Origin: Paraphysomonas bandaiensis
Taxonomy: Eukaryota; Protista; Chrysophyceae
Assembly: GCA_965644295.1 (NCBI GenBank)
Contig: CBFFRP010000169.1
Span: 1 to 64,000, forward strand
Reading direction: 5' to 3'
Length of the DNA stretch: 64,000 nucleotides
Part shown: in pieces, positions 51,201 through 59,652 of the stretch
Numbering within the stretch: position 1 is the first letter of the stretch
Layout: the number at the start of each line of letters is the position of its first letter
The notes under the pieces: generated by a model
Told to the model about the DNA's origin: nothing
Databases searched by the model: none
What the model saw: the letters and a program-made list of their open reading frames with translations, nothing else
Program-made: the position numbers and the translations under genes

Positions 51201-54200
51201 TGACATGGATAGTGATGTGTTTATTCAGAGCAGCCTGTTGAGTATTGCTACACGGTCCACAGGTGGAATATTGGAAGATATCACTGATATCAACAATTAT
51301 TCAGTAGTGTTTCCTTCGTTGACCCGACAAAAGTGGAACACTTCTACCCCACATTGTGCAGAGTACGATTTGTTGACTCAGTCAGTGCGTCCCTGCGAAT
51401 CCTGCAGTGCTGCGTCTTACAATGTAGACAATGTGACATTCGTATGCAATGATGCAGTTGATTTCTTTTGTCCCGACAGTTCTTCCAGCGGGCTTGTGTT
51501 ATCAAATAACCCTGACAATTATCGGTCCCGTCGTCTACAAGCCGGAGAGGGAAAGGTTTACTTTGTGCAGAAGGTTGATGATTTGGTGTCGTCTAGTAAA
51601 AGTGACAGTAAATCTTCTTATTTGATAACTGATGCAGTTATCGTGACAGGGATTGCAACTTTTTTTGTGCTTTATTTGTTGGGTTTATTTGTGCTGCATA
51701 TGTGGGACAGATATGACCGGAAAATATTTGTGTTGTATCGTGAGGAGGGCGATCAATGTTTTGATATTACTGCCGCCTTTGATGACAGGGGAATGGTGAG
51801 CAATCCAGGCTGCACTCCTTTTAAGCCGTTAACAGTTAGTACTTTCGGTCATGCCACAAGCGATTTTAGCAGTACACCGTGCAGCCCTACGATGAATCCA
51901 ACATTCTGTCAAAAATCTCCTGGGGATATTGCCTTAACTTTTGATAAAGATGAAAGTTCATTTGATTTCGCGACGAAAGATGCCTCTAACACTCTGAGCC
52001 CAATTGGTCGTTCAGCTGCGAAAGACCTTATGGCAGACGAATTTGCGATAAGGCGTGAAGAAAAGGGTGATTTATTCGTTGATATTGGTTGTTCTAATAG
52101 AGGTCATAGTTTTAAAGGAGAGTTGGGTTATTCGTCATTGAGTGTCCATGGCAAGGAAATGACCAATGATTTTCCTAGAGATTTAGGTGATGAGTGTAGG
52201 AGATTGACTGCGACTGGTAGCCGCAGTCGCACTTCGGATTTTAAGATGGTGCCAAGATGTGAGACGAACCGTGACGTGATAGCACAGAACTCTACCTTCC
52301 CTGCCACATCGTTCTTGTCGTTCTATGCTTTCGGTACCCGGTTTTGGCGAGCCATAAAGAGGCACCATAAGTTTGTTCGCATTTTTACATATCCATCGAT
52401 GCGTCGAACTCGTGTAATTCGATTGCTTGTGGTAGCCAATGATATCCTTTTTATCCTATTTATGATCAGCCTGTTTTTTGGAATATTTTACCCTGACAAT
52501 AGCCGCTGTCAGGTGTATTCATTGACGACAGAGGCTGAATGTCTTTCTGATGAGTCGCCATTTGAGAAGGGGAAGCCTCTGTGTGAATGGCGTTCTGAGG
52601 AGGGGAGTTGCATTCTGCGCCACCCCCCATTAACAGCGATGTTACTCATCCGAGTGTCTCTGATTGTGCTGGTGTTCTCAATTTTTCCCCGTCGTATAGT
52701 TCAGTTTCTTCTTGAGAAGGTTTGTGCCAAACGACCAATATTAGAAGACGTTGGGTTGAACTCGAAGGATTGGCTGAGTCAAGAGCCCTTGTCATGCTCT
52801 TATTCATCATCAGATATCGACAATATATGCAGTGGTAATATGAACGCGGAACAAGGAAGCACGTCTCACGTTTCCATGGATATGGAGTATTCATATCAGC
52901 ATATTGACGAAGTCAGTGTTTCGGAGGAAGTGACAATGATAACGGATGCCATCAATCTTCGTATCGACTCCATTGTGCACGACATGGATGCGGCGCAGGG
53001 TCAAGGCCTTTGTGAAGGTGAAATATCAGAGAAAGTTGTGGCTTTGGAAGCTGTGTGTAAGTTGATGAATTTGAATGTCAGTGGTGGTGTCAGCCAAACT
53101 AGACAGCATTCAATCAAGAAAGCATTACGTCACGCACGTCGTAGAGTGGAATATATTGTATCAAGGTTTGTTAATAAAGTTGAAGTCGGGCTCAGCCAGG
53201 TAGATTATTCCGACATGGCACTTTTACAAGAGTATATTCTTGAGCAATTATCCCCGATCGCTACATTTGTCATCGAGAAAAATTTCTATGAAATGGACCA
53301 TGCTACCCCGGGACGTTTAGGATTTTTTTCGTGGGTTATATCTTGGGCATCTGTGTTTTTTGTGTGGGGATTTATGGCATACTGGTCGCTGAATTGGATA
53401 TTTACAAACGGAATAAGTGCCGGCACTACATGGACTGTAGTTTTGCTAGTTGTACTTCTTGCGGATTTAGTGGTCAAAGACATTTCACAGATATTATTTT
53501 TTGATGTTATAGTGGCTGATAAAGTGCGACCTCAATTATGTGGAATATACTATATGCTACGAGAAGTATGGGAAACAAGAGTCAAGAAGCCCTTCAGTCC
53601 GAACAGTGACATCCGAGTTATTCAGCATGTTTCTGCTTCATGTCGTGCTTCTAGAAACCCAGCACTATCGTCTCTTACGTCCGCGAGAATTCTACGTATG
53701 CTAAATGACAATGACGTTCTGAAATCTCAGCGGCTACGGCTTGACGGAATATTTTCTCTAGGTTTTTTGGCAACTGTGGCCCTATATATCCCATCGAGAC
53801 TCTCTCGATTTTATGACGTCGTACGACAGAGTTTTCTTGACGCAACTGTAGTCATGTTTTGGTACAGCTTCGTCTATCTCAGCCATGCTATATTTTTGTT
53901 TTCTTCGCCTTTGCTGGTATGGTTGTACGTCACTGCTGTCATAATATTCGTTTCTGTACTCTGTGTTCTTCAATCGAAATGGTACAAGAGTCTTATCGGG
54001 AGACATTTGTCCAGATTGTCGGTATTGAGCAACAACGGCAGTTTCATAGGTACAGTCGCTCTATTCACAAAGAACAAATCTAGGAAGGGTACACAGACGT
54101 ACTCGAAACAGATGTTCGGCGTCGTGGAAAACATGTATACGGGCGGCGTCAATGTACATGAGGAAAAGTTTTATGAGTTATCACCGTACTTTGGTGAGAT

Positions 54201-54840
54201 CAGATCATCATCCCATTTTCAACAGTTGATGGCAATCCCCGGTGAGGATGTCACCCCTGGAAATTTTCCTCCTGCATCTCGACGTCCAGATGAGATGTCA
54301 CGCGTTTTATCAGCTGTGGATGTGGAACAAATGTTTTATAGCTCATCTCTTGATGGAATTGCTTCAGGAAATGTGCTTATCGACTTATGTAAGAGAGTGT
54401 TGGCGTCACGCCATGTTCAAATTCTTCATGGCTCGCTCTCTGATATTGAGTTGGATATGGTTCTTGGCTTGGTAACGAAGTATTCCATTGGTATCGGAAC
54501 CAGTGATATCTACAATTGTTCCTTCGATTGGTCTCGTTTTTCCGACTGGTTAGAACATACTCTGGAGTGTATTGACAGTTCGCGCTCCACTCAGAAGACT
54601 GGGTTGAAAAGGCTTACATCAGTCGACAAGTTTGATTGCAGGAATACTGATAGTGCAAGCAAAGTAGGTATAATTGTTGAAGGCGTTGAACGAATGTCCG
54701 AAATATCTGCATTGACGTGCCCTACCACTCTGGACAGTTTAAATGTATCTGAATCCGATGATATTGGAATTTCTATTGTGGGTTCTGAAGCAGCGTCAGA
54801 CCCTCAGTCACTGGTAGATATATCGGGTCAACTGATTTAG
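42232..54840 (+). CDS. Giant multi-pass polycystin-1/REJ-like membrane protein (4202 aa, single open frame)
   Basis: Signal peptide; DSFGDGW domain; two lectin-like modules each followed by a P/T/S stalk; FN3-like; REJ-like (DASQSSGSGGRKW, NDPPACGSLFVSP, WTD...YPLRYKF); Cys-rich EGF-like block; GPS-like; about 8 hydrophobic segments. Confidence 0.88.
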   Translation: MILAALLLLWSHSCSSAEIENFLECKDVDDDPSIRSNETCLYVEIIDSFGDGWGEDTKLMYWKSIDGIITSIYDASLTCECARMAGCLPVDDSEISVESFYFTMAGTILPKYFWEIQWTVQCVQGGELGSKYYGGYNTSLELSYHRNTGKYSLDNSENLWVYPEVCTMDPSSYADNLYHVDKTGRLFSYANESTAYTGSGLYITPFENRNEIQWMRSGCCTDGGPLTLSDGFYILRSTGSCDLTQDRYVWRVCSSAGGPQEELVVEFVDGKCFPHNQFPVDAICNASTNSSGLLSDISLLARREGSSRPISGAPDTSSIQFVSISSSMSGSTELSPSATNPKCESTYNHSSDVIDMISHKVLDYFWVEASSVLSNDQAWTVVTTTLNTFTSPVVFVGLPEIPGETSNEGYPAISRVRNIISINGIVTFETKIYQANDSMCSKAWHIPVPISPDLLLTWLVVDRGAYNITGHYFMIGEGPIYRFNDDVSNRSNFIRFDYPVSCVSSTESCAFDEGTPIGVILQLQTLVYDRLLIPRGFTVRRRHIRVVLQPHDSVDATYYSMTDPESLGFMAFETGIGISCVEGMTFETRAFDEVTNVKLDVEFLYEYSNPPGIFGTIGTSTSLTDSTGLRVFDRTNIGASVITQEDQCVDEETSHYTAEVVYTMVVGEQNLQTSCVFCKAVFFAEQPAPTSRPSLTSTPLPTSLPTTSPIATTSFGPSCFPTEHLTSAPSTMPTLSPTGQPSSIPSMSPISVPSLFPTLLPTGHPTSTPSTSPTWVPSLSTTTGQPISIPPMSPSSDHTFLPTLPQSTSPTLLPPSVPSTNPTLFPTPHRTEFPTSIPSAVPPNIPTVLNPTSQPNSCTPRLENSTDVYDMINRVEVTSYWLESGFVRADDQNWVTVSTVLTSFENIVIFVSLPDIAGDTSDDGFSAIARVRNVVSSGHVSFETRIYQANDSYCSKEWYIPSALREPIPLSWMVVEQGAFNLSGHYFMVGSGPISRQDSDVTNPDNFVRFNYPTGCVSANVSCLFEEDDNIGVILQLQTVVYDRILIPRGFNVKIRFAKVVLQPHDSVDMSYYSMPSPETLAYMAFETGLTINCVEKWTLETHFYAAVTHIKIQVSFNQNYIYPPGLYGTIGTSTSLSDSTGLRAFDRTISGACLISQEDQCVDDETMHTTEEEVFVIVVGEASPQEGCVICRSVFTSLLSSNPTTTPTQPPSASIAQPTSFPSSLPTMCPTSPSTSYPTSPSASYPTSLLSLHPSSQSTSYPTSLPTLHPSSQSTSYPTSPSASYPTSLPTLHPSSPSTSYPTSLPTLHPSTQSTSCPTSPSTSYPTSLPILCPSSQSTSYPSSPSTLCPSCLPTLCPSSTPTSVPSCSYTYNPSLHSTSPSSTLPSMLPSSQAIPVPSSTSLDAPSIIPLCFPAPLSSECPSVLPTTAPTLSSVSPTLNWDIGETVFPTLTPTLTITDAPSQSEIGSSISPSFGSGIGTTVEPTVILTSTPSSPAIGTTLNPTRSDGIESTVAPTSEDFASFSCNCSNISDFVTSDKVEADLMFSFFINDESSYEDGTARWDKFVSYNLDVPFSLEYFDIEVWGVKSYVSDNDALKEGADMHSECYHSKCPDSNLANEIVGAIVNFHNVSVLCGDSLWQTINGHLFVDSSSFPCNAASSENKFIVVPEMQNSCNSEGSVAQVVSGTVAISIRELASDNIPKIHAIISASAVDSSSVAIALNVSFSQFGGIVCVGAFLSDTMLSSISSWAVKYQGYCSAGLMRPLGGSWEVVTIKIDDLDSLELYDIYASATDSFGNTAPLDTGVSTTVVLPCCKELSFTRPFPLSVPSTLSEYDALDASELDLYTLGVELSSPPVQSIMVFLDIVENTGETANISYSPSFIEFGSGESNLIGYFLVHGLAGSYRVSIKVTGPGSEEFNVPDAVIVGVLDNWSDFAPPSLYDATFDESGGQIHVTLNSPSDFGISLLGGTDGLWECTKLFYFGGDINAACAWASAFSITVYLDYYEHSDSILVIPGDDIVLKKGVLQPYCPSRMECKSLFAEESRATVTSGPTAVNPYVDLHAADVVYACDDIIVDASQSSGSGGRKWKSIEWRVVSADGSSVESVLSSLRAQSDLSVPITIPSYAIRETTYYISLGLRNFLQNISDPLVFGTVAVTVRSGTVVSADISGRNYRVLRQTSPLHLYAQLLFSACNHSDAVSVSFKWRVYENLHFTDFVSSNSSNPSEFKVDGSVFTAGSLYRIYVFISTTIDGMELESSSVVSIYSVNDDANAVISGGVSALLVRPDSELILEAEPSAVDEAEYLWTCLVTSTNMFGYKCADIFGTSTTERTSVYLTLPSGTLNVNTEYLFTFTITSYVAGRETTSSAAVHVSTGSSLSPLKWYSSIESNMTIEIQAESFLKEVSPSRRFELNTRVHSSCNEGANVSWSLLSIGPSRNELDPSLSYTALDKHFSYRYVYNGISFPLGLYPDALAIGGVYIFRLTVDISPEDFTYADITVRVNDPPACGSLFVSPKSGESFDTIFTLSTSYWTDRIDDYPLRYKFAHQVSTEFDQTQFYSAISVWEQKSFVYTTLQSGLSVENYSIACGVFVADIWGSEVLSQYIVHVTKSARESIRDNIIAQLDDIVYSTGNGHFLTDLSGAHNVLHQAASLLGILHEPNCSSAPHCKALNREECATVSHTCGPCIEGFSGVFGDDNRMCFNSTLALSRIGNSCSDNDDCLYGECSNRSCVVPVKDCPLGKFDGSVCSSNGVCSYKDSHGTIIEEELCTVDNTNCIATCDCTTGGGKDCSLSDSELSILSRIRGQLCMALESMLFYIDDMEIRTETSVRLLSRIYDTHEVSTAESWAQCNRALEAAFSNLAASGTKYVPKFIVTDALVTLSKYFQSDFYEYTGSNSVDWALATFKDTILADMLAGQNPIVVFSDSLRLEFRQDFLSDFYGAVLKTPLTNEEIFYGAEAVSISIPESGLDLCGAFEDYAKLVVHLWNINPYDMDSDVFIQSSLLSIATRSTGGILEDITDINNYSVVFPSLTRQKWNTSTPHCAEYDLLTQSVRPCESCSAASYNVDNVTFVCNDAVDFFCPDSSSSGLVLSNNPDNYRSRRLQAGEGKVYFVQKVDDLVSSSKSDSKSSYLITDAVIVTGIATFFVLYLLGLFVLHMWDRYDRKIFVLYREEGDQCFDITAAFDDRGMVSNPGCTPFKPLTVSTFGHATSDFSSTPCSPTMNPTFCQKSPGDIALTFDKDESSFDFATKDASNTLSPIGRSAAKDLMADEFAIRREEKGDLFVDIGCSNRGHSFKGELGYSSLSVHGKEMTNDFPRDLGDECRRLTATGSRSRTSDFKMVPRCETNRDVIAQNSTFPATSFLSFYAFGTRFWRAIKRHHKFVRIFTYPSMRRTRVIRLLVVANDILFILFMISLFFGIFYPDNSRCQVYSLTTEAECLSDESPFEKGKPLCEWRSEEGSCILRHPPLTAMLLIRVSLIVLVFSIFPRRIVQFLLEKVCAKRPILEDVGLNSKDWLSQEPLSCSYSSSDIDNICSGNMNAEQGSTSHVSMDMEYSYQHIDEVSVSEEVTMITDAINLRIDSIVHDMDAAQGQGLCEGEISEKVVALEAVCKLMNLNVSGGVSQTRQHSIKKALRHARRRVEYIVSRFVNKVEVGLSQVDYSDMALLQEYILEQLSPIATFVIEKNFYEMDHATPGRLGFFSWVISWASVFFVWGFMAYWSLNWIFTNGISAGTTWTVVLLVVLLADLVVKDISQILFFDVIVADKVRPQLCGIYYMLREVWETRVKKPFSPNSDIRVIQHVSASCRASRNPALSSLTSARILRMLNDNDVLKSQRLRLDGIFSLGFLATVALYIPSRLSRFYDVVRQSFLDATVVMFWYSFVYLSHAIFLFSSPLLVWLYVTAVIIFVSVLCVLQSKWYKSLIGRHLSRLSVLSNNGSFIGTVALFTKNKSRKGTQTYSKQMFGVVENMYTGGVNVHEEKFYELSPYFGEIRSSSHFQQLMAIPGEDVTPGNFPPASRRPDEMSRVLSAVDVEQMFYSSSLDGIASGNVLIDLCKRVLASRHVQILHGSLSDIELDMVLGLVTKYSIGIGTSDIYNCSFDWSRFSDWLEHTLECIDSSRSTQKTGLKRLTSVDKFDCRNTDSASKVGIIVEGVERMSEISALTCPTTLDSLNVSESDDIGISIVGSEAASDPQSLVDISGQLI
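45898..46330 (+). repeat. Coding 24-nt minisatellite (8-aa units PTSPSTSY / PTSLPTLH / PSSQSTSY)
   Basis: About 18 tandem CCAA(C/G)TAGT... units. Confidence 0.9.
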
Positions 54841-55638
54841 TTTTCATTTCCACAACTGTTATCATGAAGACAGAATGAAATGTCGTGGATATACCAAGGC
54901 TATTGCATAATACTTTTTTGTGTTGTGTAATTCTGAATCCGATTTCTACGACTACAAGAAAAAGCTATGGGGGAATATGTAAATGCATTTCCAATTAGTA
55001 TGTAGAACTTAATTATGCTGCTATGTACATTATATTATTGCAATCCTATCTTCTCATTTATCTTGTTAAATCTCCGACATAGAATAGATCATATTTGTAT
55101 AATGATTAGCACACACAAGGCAGCAACGAAGTAAAATGGAATTACATTCTTGAAATACACTCAATATTCAATTCTTTTAAATAGAATCTTCAACCCTGAT
55201 CATTCATTTGTCGTTCGCTAAAGTTATGTCATCACTACCACTAATCAATATCATCATATCTTAGATAGTCATGATCATATACCATTAATACAGTCAACGC
55301 ATTTCTAATTCATCTCATAGCCAATCATATAATACTGTCTCTACCCACAGTATGATTCAAATAGCGGTTATACTTCTAAAACCTTAAAGTGCAGCTTATA
55401 GTTGCTCAATGTCGCAATACTCAACATATAGAATTTGTCTGGTGTCATTTTCTTAGTTATCGGCACTACTACGCAATAATAACATATATGTCATATGGAA
55501 GACCATATATAGTGATAATACAGAAGACATAGACATAGAACATTACATCGATATTTCCACATTATAAATAAAAGTTGATGATTCTGGAGCACTCAAGTTC
55601 ACGCCGTCACTCTATTTCTCAGTTGTTACCACGAATAG

Positions 55639-58559
55639 TTATAGGAATTCTTGTTTTAAGAAAAGAAATATCAGGTTCGCAATATTATATTGATTAGACC
55701 AACCTTTGATAACATCATCCACATCAGATAATTTTAGAGGCTTTAACAGAATTTTGTCCACTCCTGCAGATTTGAACTCTTCCACATCGTCCGGGAGAAT
55801 ATTTCCTGTCACAGCGACCACATGTCCAGTGAACTTAAGTTCGTGTCGTAATAAGCGCGTGGCCTCGATACCACCCTTTGATAATCAGACATAATCAGAT
55901 GATAATTAAATATGGCTCAAGAGATCGTACCATATTTGGCATAACAGAATCCATGAATATGATATTATAAGGGGTACTCTGAAGATTTTCTTTCACCATA
56001 CTAAGAGCTTCCACTCCATCGCAAGCCTAAACACAGTTTCATTCATATACAACGCTCAGTCAGAGTTGATACCTCATCAACAATTTCAAATCTATTCGAC
56101 ACTGCACGTACTACCATTTTTCTATTTAGAGCAGAGTCATCAACTGAAACAAAGTACACTAAATAAACAAGATGAATATCAAAGAAAGTATACTCACCCA
56201 CAAGAGCTCTTTCAAATCGACGCCCTCCAGATAAACTAGGTGAACACGGGGTATCACATATATCACTTGGTGTCTTCGGGGCCGCTCTATCAGTTCCCGA
56301 TTCCAGGTCACTATAGGCAACAACTTTAGTGGGTGTTGGTGATGCTATTTTATTATCATCTGGGGCCGTATGGGTTGTAGGTGGAATCAGTCCTAATTCG
56401 AAGAAAAACACACTTCCACTGGTAGAGGTTTCATCTGATATTACTCCAATGCGGCCATGGTGTAGTTGGACAATCATTTTCGAAACTAAGAACGTTTACA
56501 TGAGTAATTTAGAGAGTTAAATCATATAGCCGTACTGTAAAGGCCAAGCCCAGATCCTTTCCCGCTTTGAAGCTCAGCCGCATTAAATTGTACATATTGA
56601 TCAAAAAGGCGCTTTTGCTGCTCCTGTCGATGTAATGTATATTAGAGGTCATAAAATAGGTCGGGCACATAAGCGGCGCAGTCACTTCGTGCACCTGTGA
56701 TAGCCCTCGTCCTGAATCATGAACCTCAATTCTGACTGCATCCCAACTGTCATCTTCACTGTACCACCAGTGTGACCAACAGTAATCACACACCCAATAA
56801 ACCATACCTCTGGGCTATTCGACAATCTCCAATCACTCTGAAAGGCTTGGGATCAATCGCCGTCTCGGACTTGTTCCTCTAAAATTACACCATGTCATAA
56901 CAGATACATTAGACATCAAATAACATCTCACCATTTTGCACCGATGTGCTTTCACAGAAACCGTCCCACCCGCCGGTGTAAATTTGAGTGCATTTGTGAC
57001 AAGATTTCTCAATACCTACAGTACGAGAATATAACAATGGTCAAATATGCGCCTTGCGTTTACTAAGACATCACAAACATGTCACTCAATAGAGCGAGTT
57101 TGACACTGACCACATTAAAACTAAAGAAACTAACAGACCTGGGAAAGTTTATGTTCGTCTGCCATGATATATGCCCCCTCTAGTGAGGGTGAAATACAGT
57201 TAATCCCTGTGAAGCTAAAATCTATCCCTCCAAGGCGAGCCTAATATACCTTCTGTCATTGTGTTTCGTACAATAAATGTTCAAAGAATACTACGGTATA
57301 TAGTTACGTACTATAATACGTGGCCACTGATCAGAAAGTACGTGACAAAAAACACACCTGAACCTCCAGGGGAGTAACAGTGTCTCGAATAAATTTCCTC
57401 ACATCAACGGCTTTTAGTTCGAGCTCCATACCTCCTTCCCGTAGTTTATCGAACAAAAGTAAATCGTTAAGGATAGTAACCGCGGACTCGCAGGACGTCT
57501 GCATGTCATTGAGAAGTACACGGGCGTCTCGTGCATTCGAAGAGGAGCCCTGGAGCAGTTCGTGAGACTGCATCAACTGAATACCCATGAATACGATATT
57601 GAGAGGTGTTCGAACCTCGTGGGAAACATAGCGAACGAATTTCTTCTGTGTTTCAAGTCTGCTCTGGAATTGTACATGTTAGAACCAGTAATAACACACA
57701 AATTAGTCACAGTTCATGTCAACACATTACTACATAAAACAGTGGTGGGTAGCCATATCCACTTGAATGCATGTCACACCTTCGCTATAGTAATGTTGCG
57801 GTGTAATGATCGGCCAGGATATATGAAGCATACGATGCACATAATAATGTCCACCCACAACAGAGTCAGCAGCTGATCACTGCCAGTGTCGGACCACGAG
57901 GTATACCCAAACGAATAAACAATTACCCACTTGAGAACAATGTTAGTACTCAACGACACCTCCAACAAGGATGTGCCAAGTCTCACAGAGGAGCTCCATA
58001 TAATATCGTATATAGTCGTGAGCACAATTCCGGTAAGTCCAACCCACAAGAGTATCGTGATTACAGTGCCCCATAGAGGAATTAAGTCTAGAAATGGCAA
58101 AAAAGCATACCCTGGTAAGGACAGCACCAAAAAACAACCGCAGAATTGCAAAATTCTCTGCTGAAGTGGAGGTAGATTAGGTAACACGGCACAAAAGAGT
58201 CCACCAACAATTAATGTTATCCTCGAATATTCACAGCATATCACAACTGACATGATCCACACATGTCCATGGCCAGTTATATATATAACTAGATTCGGAA
58301 ATAGAAGAGAAGAAATAATAAACCCTCTCGATATTATAGCATAATAAGGGAGCGGAACTGTCACCACATCAAACATAAACGGTATCGCGATAGCCATAGC
58401 GGCTACAATAGAGTGTAGGAATTCAAGCCCATGTACGCTACGGTCGCTATATCGTAACTCCCAGCCGAGTAATAGCGGGATATAGCACACTAGAGACGCT
58501 GCTGCAAACAACGCCGGTACAGAAAGAAGAGAGAGTTTGGAAGACGATGTTTGCTTCAT
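55639..58559 (-). CDS. Hybrid histidine kinase (7-8 TM sensor, HisKA, HATPase, receiver), multi-exon
   Basis: H-box FVRYVSHEVRTPLN, N-box VLRNLVTNALKFTP, G1 VHDSGRGL, G2 GSGLGL, receiver VDDSALNRKM...IFMDSVMP...AVTGN...LLKPL. The exact last exon is uncertain. Confidence 0.92.
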
Positions 58560-58797
58560 TTAATAGCTAGACATCGAATACAGGAAGTAGTATGGTTGAT
58601 GATGCTCCTCGTAAGGTACTGGATCCTTATACAATACTCCGCTTACTAATCAGAGTATTGTGTAATATTTATAGTGTTTAACGCAAGCCACTGGGCAGTC
58701 TTTGGGGATGAGGGGGCAAGAAAGTCCTTCGCTTCTTTACACTGACATACTCCTCACACTAAGTCTTGATGTCTGCTCCACTGGCATATACTCCTAT

Positions 58798-58808
58798 GTA
58801 TACTGCTG
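58798..58808 (-). promoter_or_regulatory. Candidate cis-element in HK/TMEM14 divergent promoter
   Basis: GTATACTGCTG, the reverse complement of CAGCAGTATAC. Confidence 0.4.
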
Positions 58809-59214
58809 CACTACGATACTATACACTATGGCTGTACAACGTAAAGTAAAACCCTTCTTTCCGGTTCTGCTTCAACTAAAAATCATACGGGATAAGAGTA
58901 GTGCCTCCCTTCCACTCCTATCTCTGAAATTTATCCAATGGTTTTGATTGTTTCCTATTTGATAGGGTAGTTATGAAAGGGAATCACCCAATCACATGGC
59001 CCTTTTTTTTGATAAGATCGCAAAGTCCACACACCACTTGAATGGTGCCAATGTGGACTACTTTGTATATGCATAATACTGTACACAGACACCAGCAGAA
59101 CAGAATACATCGATACGTAGTCTAGAAATATTATGTACATATGTACACCATACACATACTGTACCTCTTTAACATACTTACAATCGCCTGCAATACTATA
59201 ACAAACATTAACAG

Positions 59215-59652
59215 ATGGGTGATATAGTTGAAGAAGAGTCACGAAAAGGTGCGCTGCATCTTGGAAAATTGGGTTCTATTCTTGGAGTGCTGTTGGCTCT
59301 ACAGGGAGGGGCATTCTACCTCTATACGGGAGCTCGCTCTATGACGGCCGCAATTCCCACTGCTTTCGGTATCCCCTTACTAATTTCTTCATTGCTGATG
59401 ATGAAGTATGCTCAAAGTTCAACTAAGATGGTGTCAATCACAGCTCACACTGCTGTTATGTGCTCTTTGTTGGGGGCCATCGGTGGTAGCGCAATGGGAG
59501 TCGTGGGAATAGTAAAAGGAAAGCCACTAACAACAATTGTGGACTGCCTCCTTCTAGGTGTTTTATGTATATTTCATGTAGTAGCTTCAGTTCAACACTT
59601 TATCAAGATATCGAAGTTGAAGAAAGCTGCCAGGATGTCTAAAAAGGACTAA
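59215..59652 (+). CDS. Small 4-TM membrane protein, TMEM14/FAX-like
   Basis: 145 aa, intronless; LGVLLALQGGAFYLYTGARSMTAAIPTAFG..., AHTAVMCSLLG, basic C-terminus. Confidence 0.6.
   Translation: MGDIVEEESRKGALHLGKLGSILGVLLALQGGAFYLYTGARSMTAAIPTAFGIPLLISSLLMMKYAQSSTKMVSITAHTAVMCSLLGAIGGSAMGVVGIVKGKPLTTIVDCLLLGVLCIFHVVASVQHFIKISKLKKAARMSKKD

Noticed and set aside
57774-58559. Histidine-kinase rhodopsin
   Set aside because: The last helix (LLWVDIIMCIVCFIY) has no Schiff-base Lys, and no RYxxW motif is seen.
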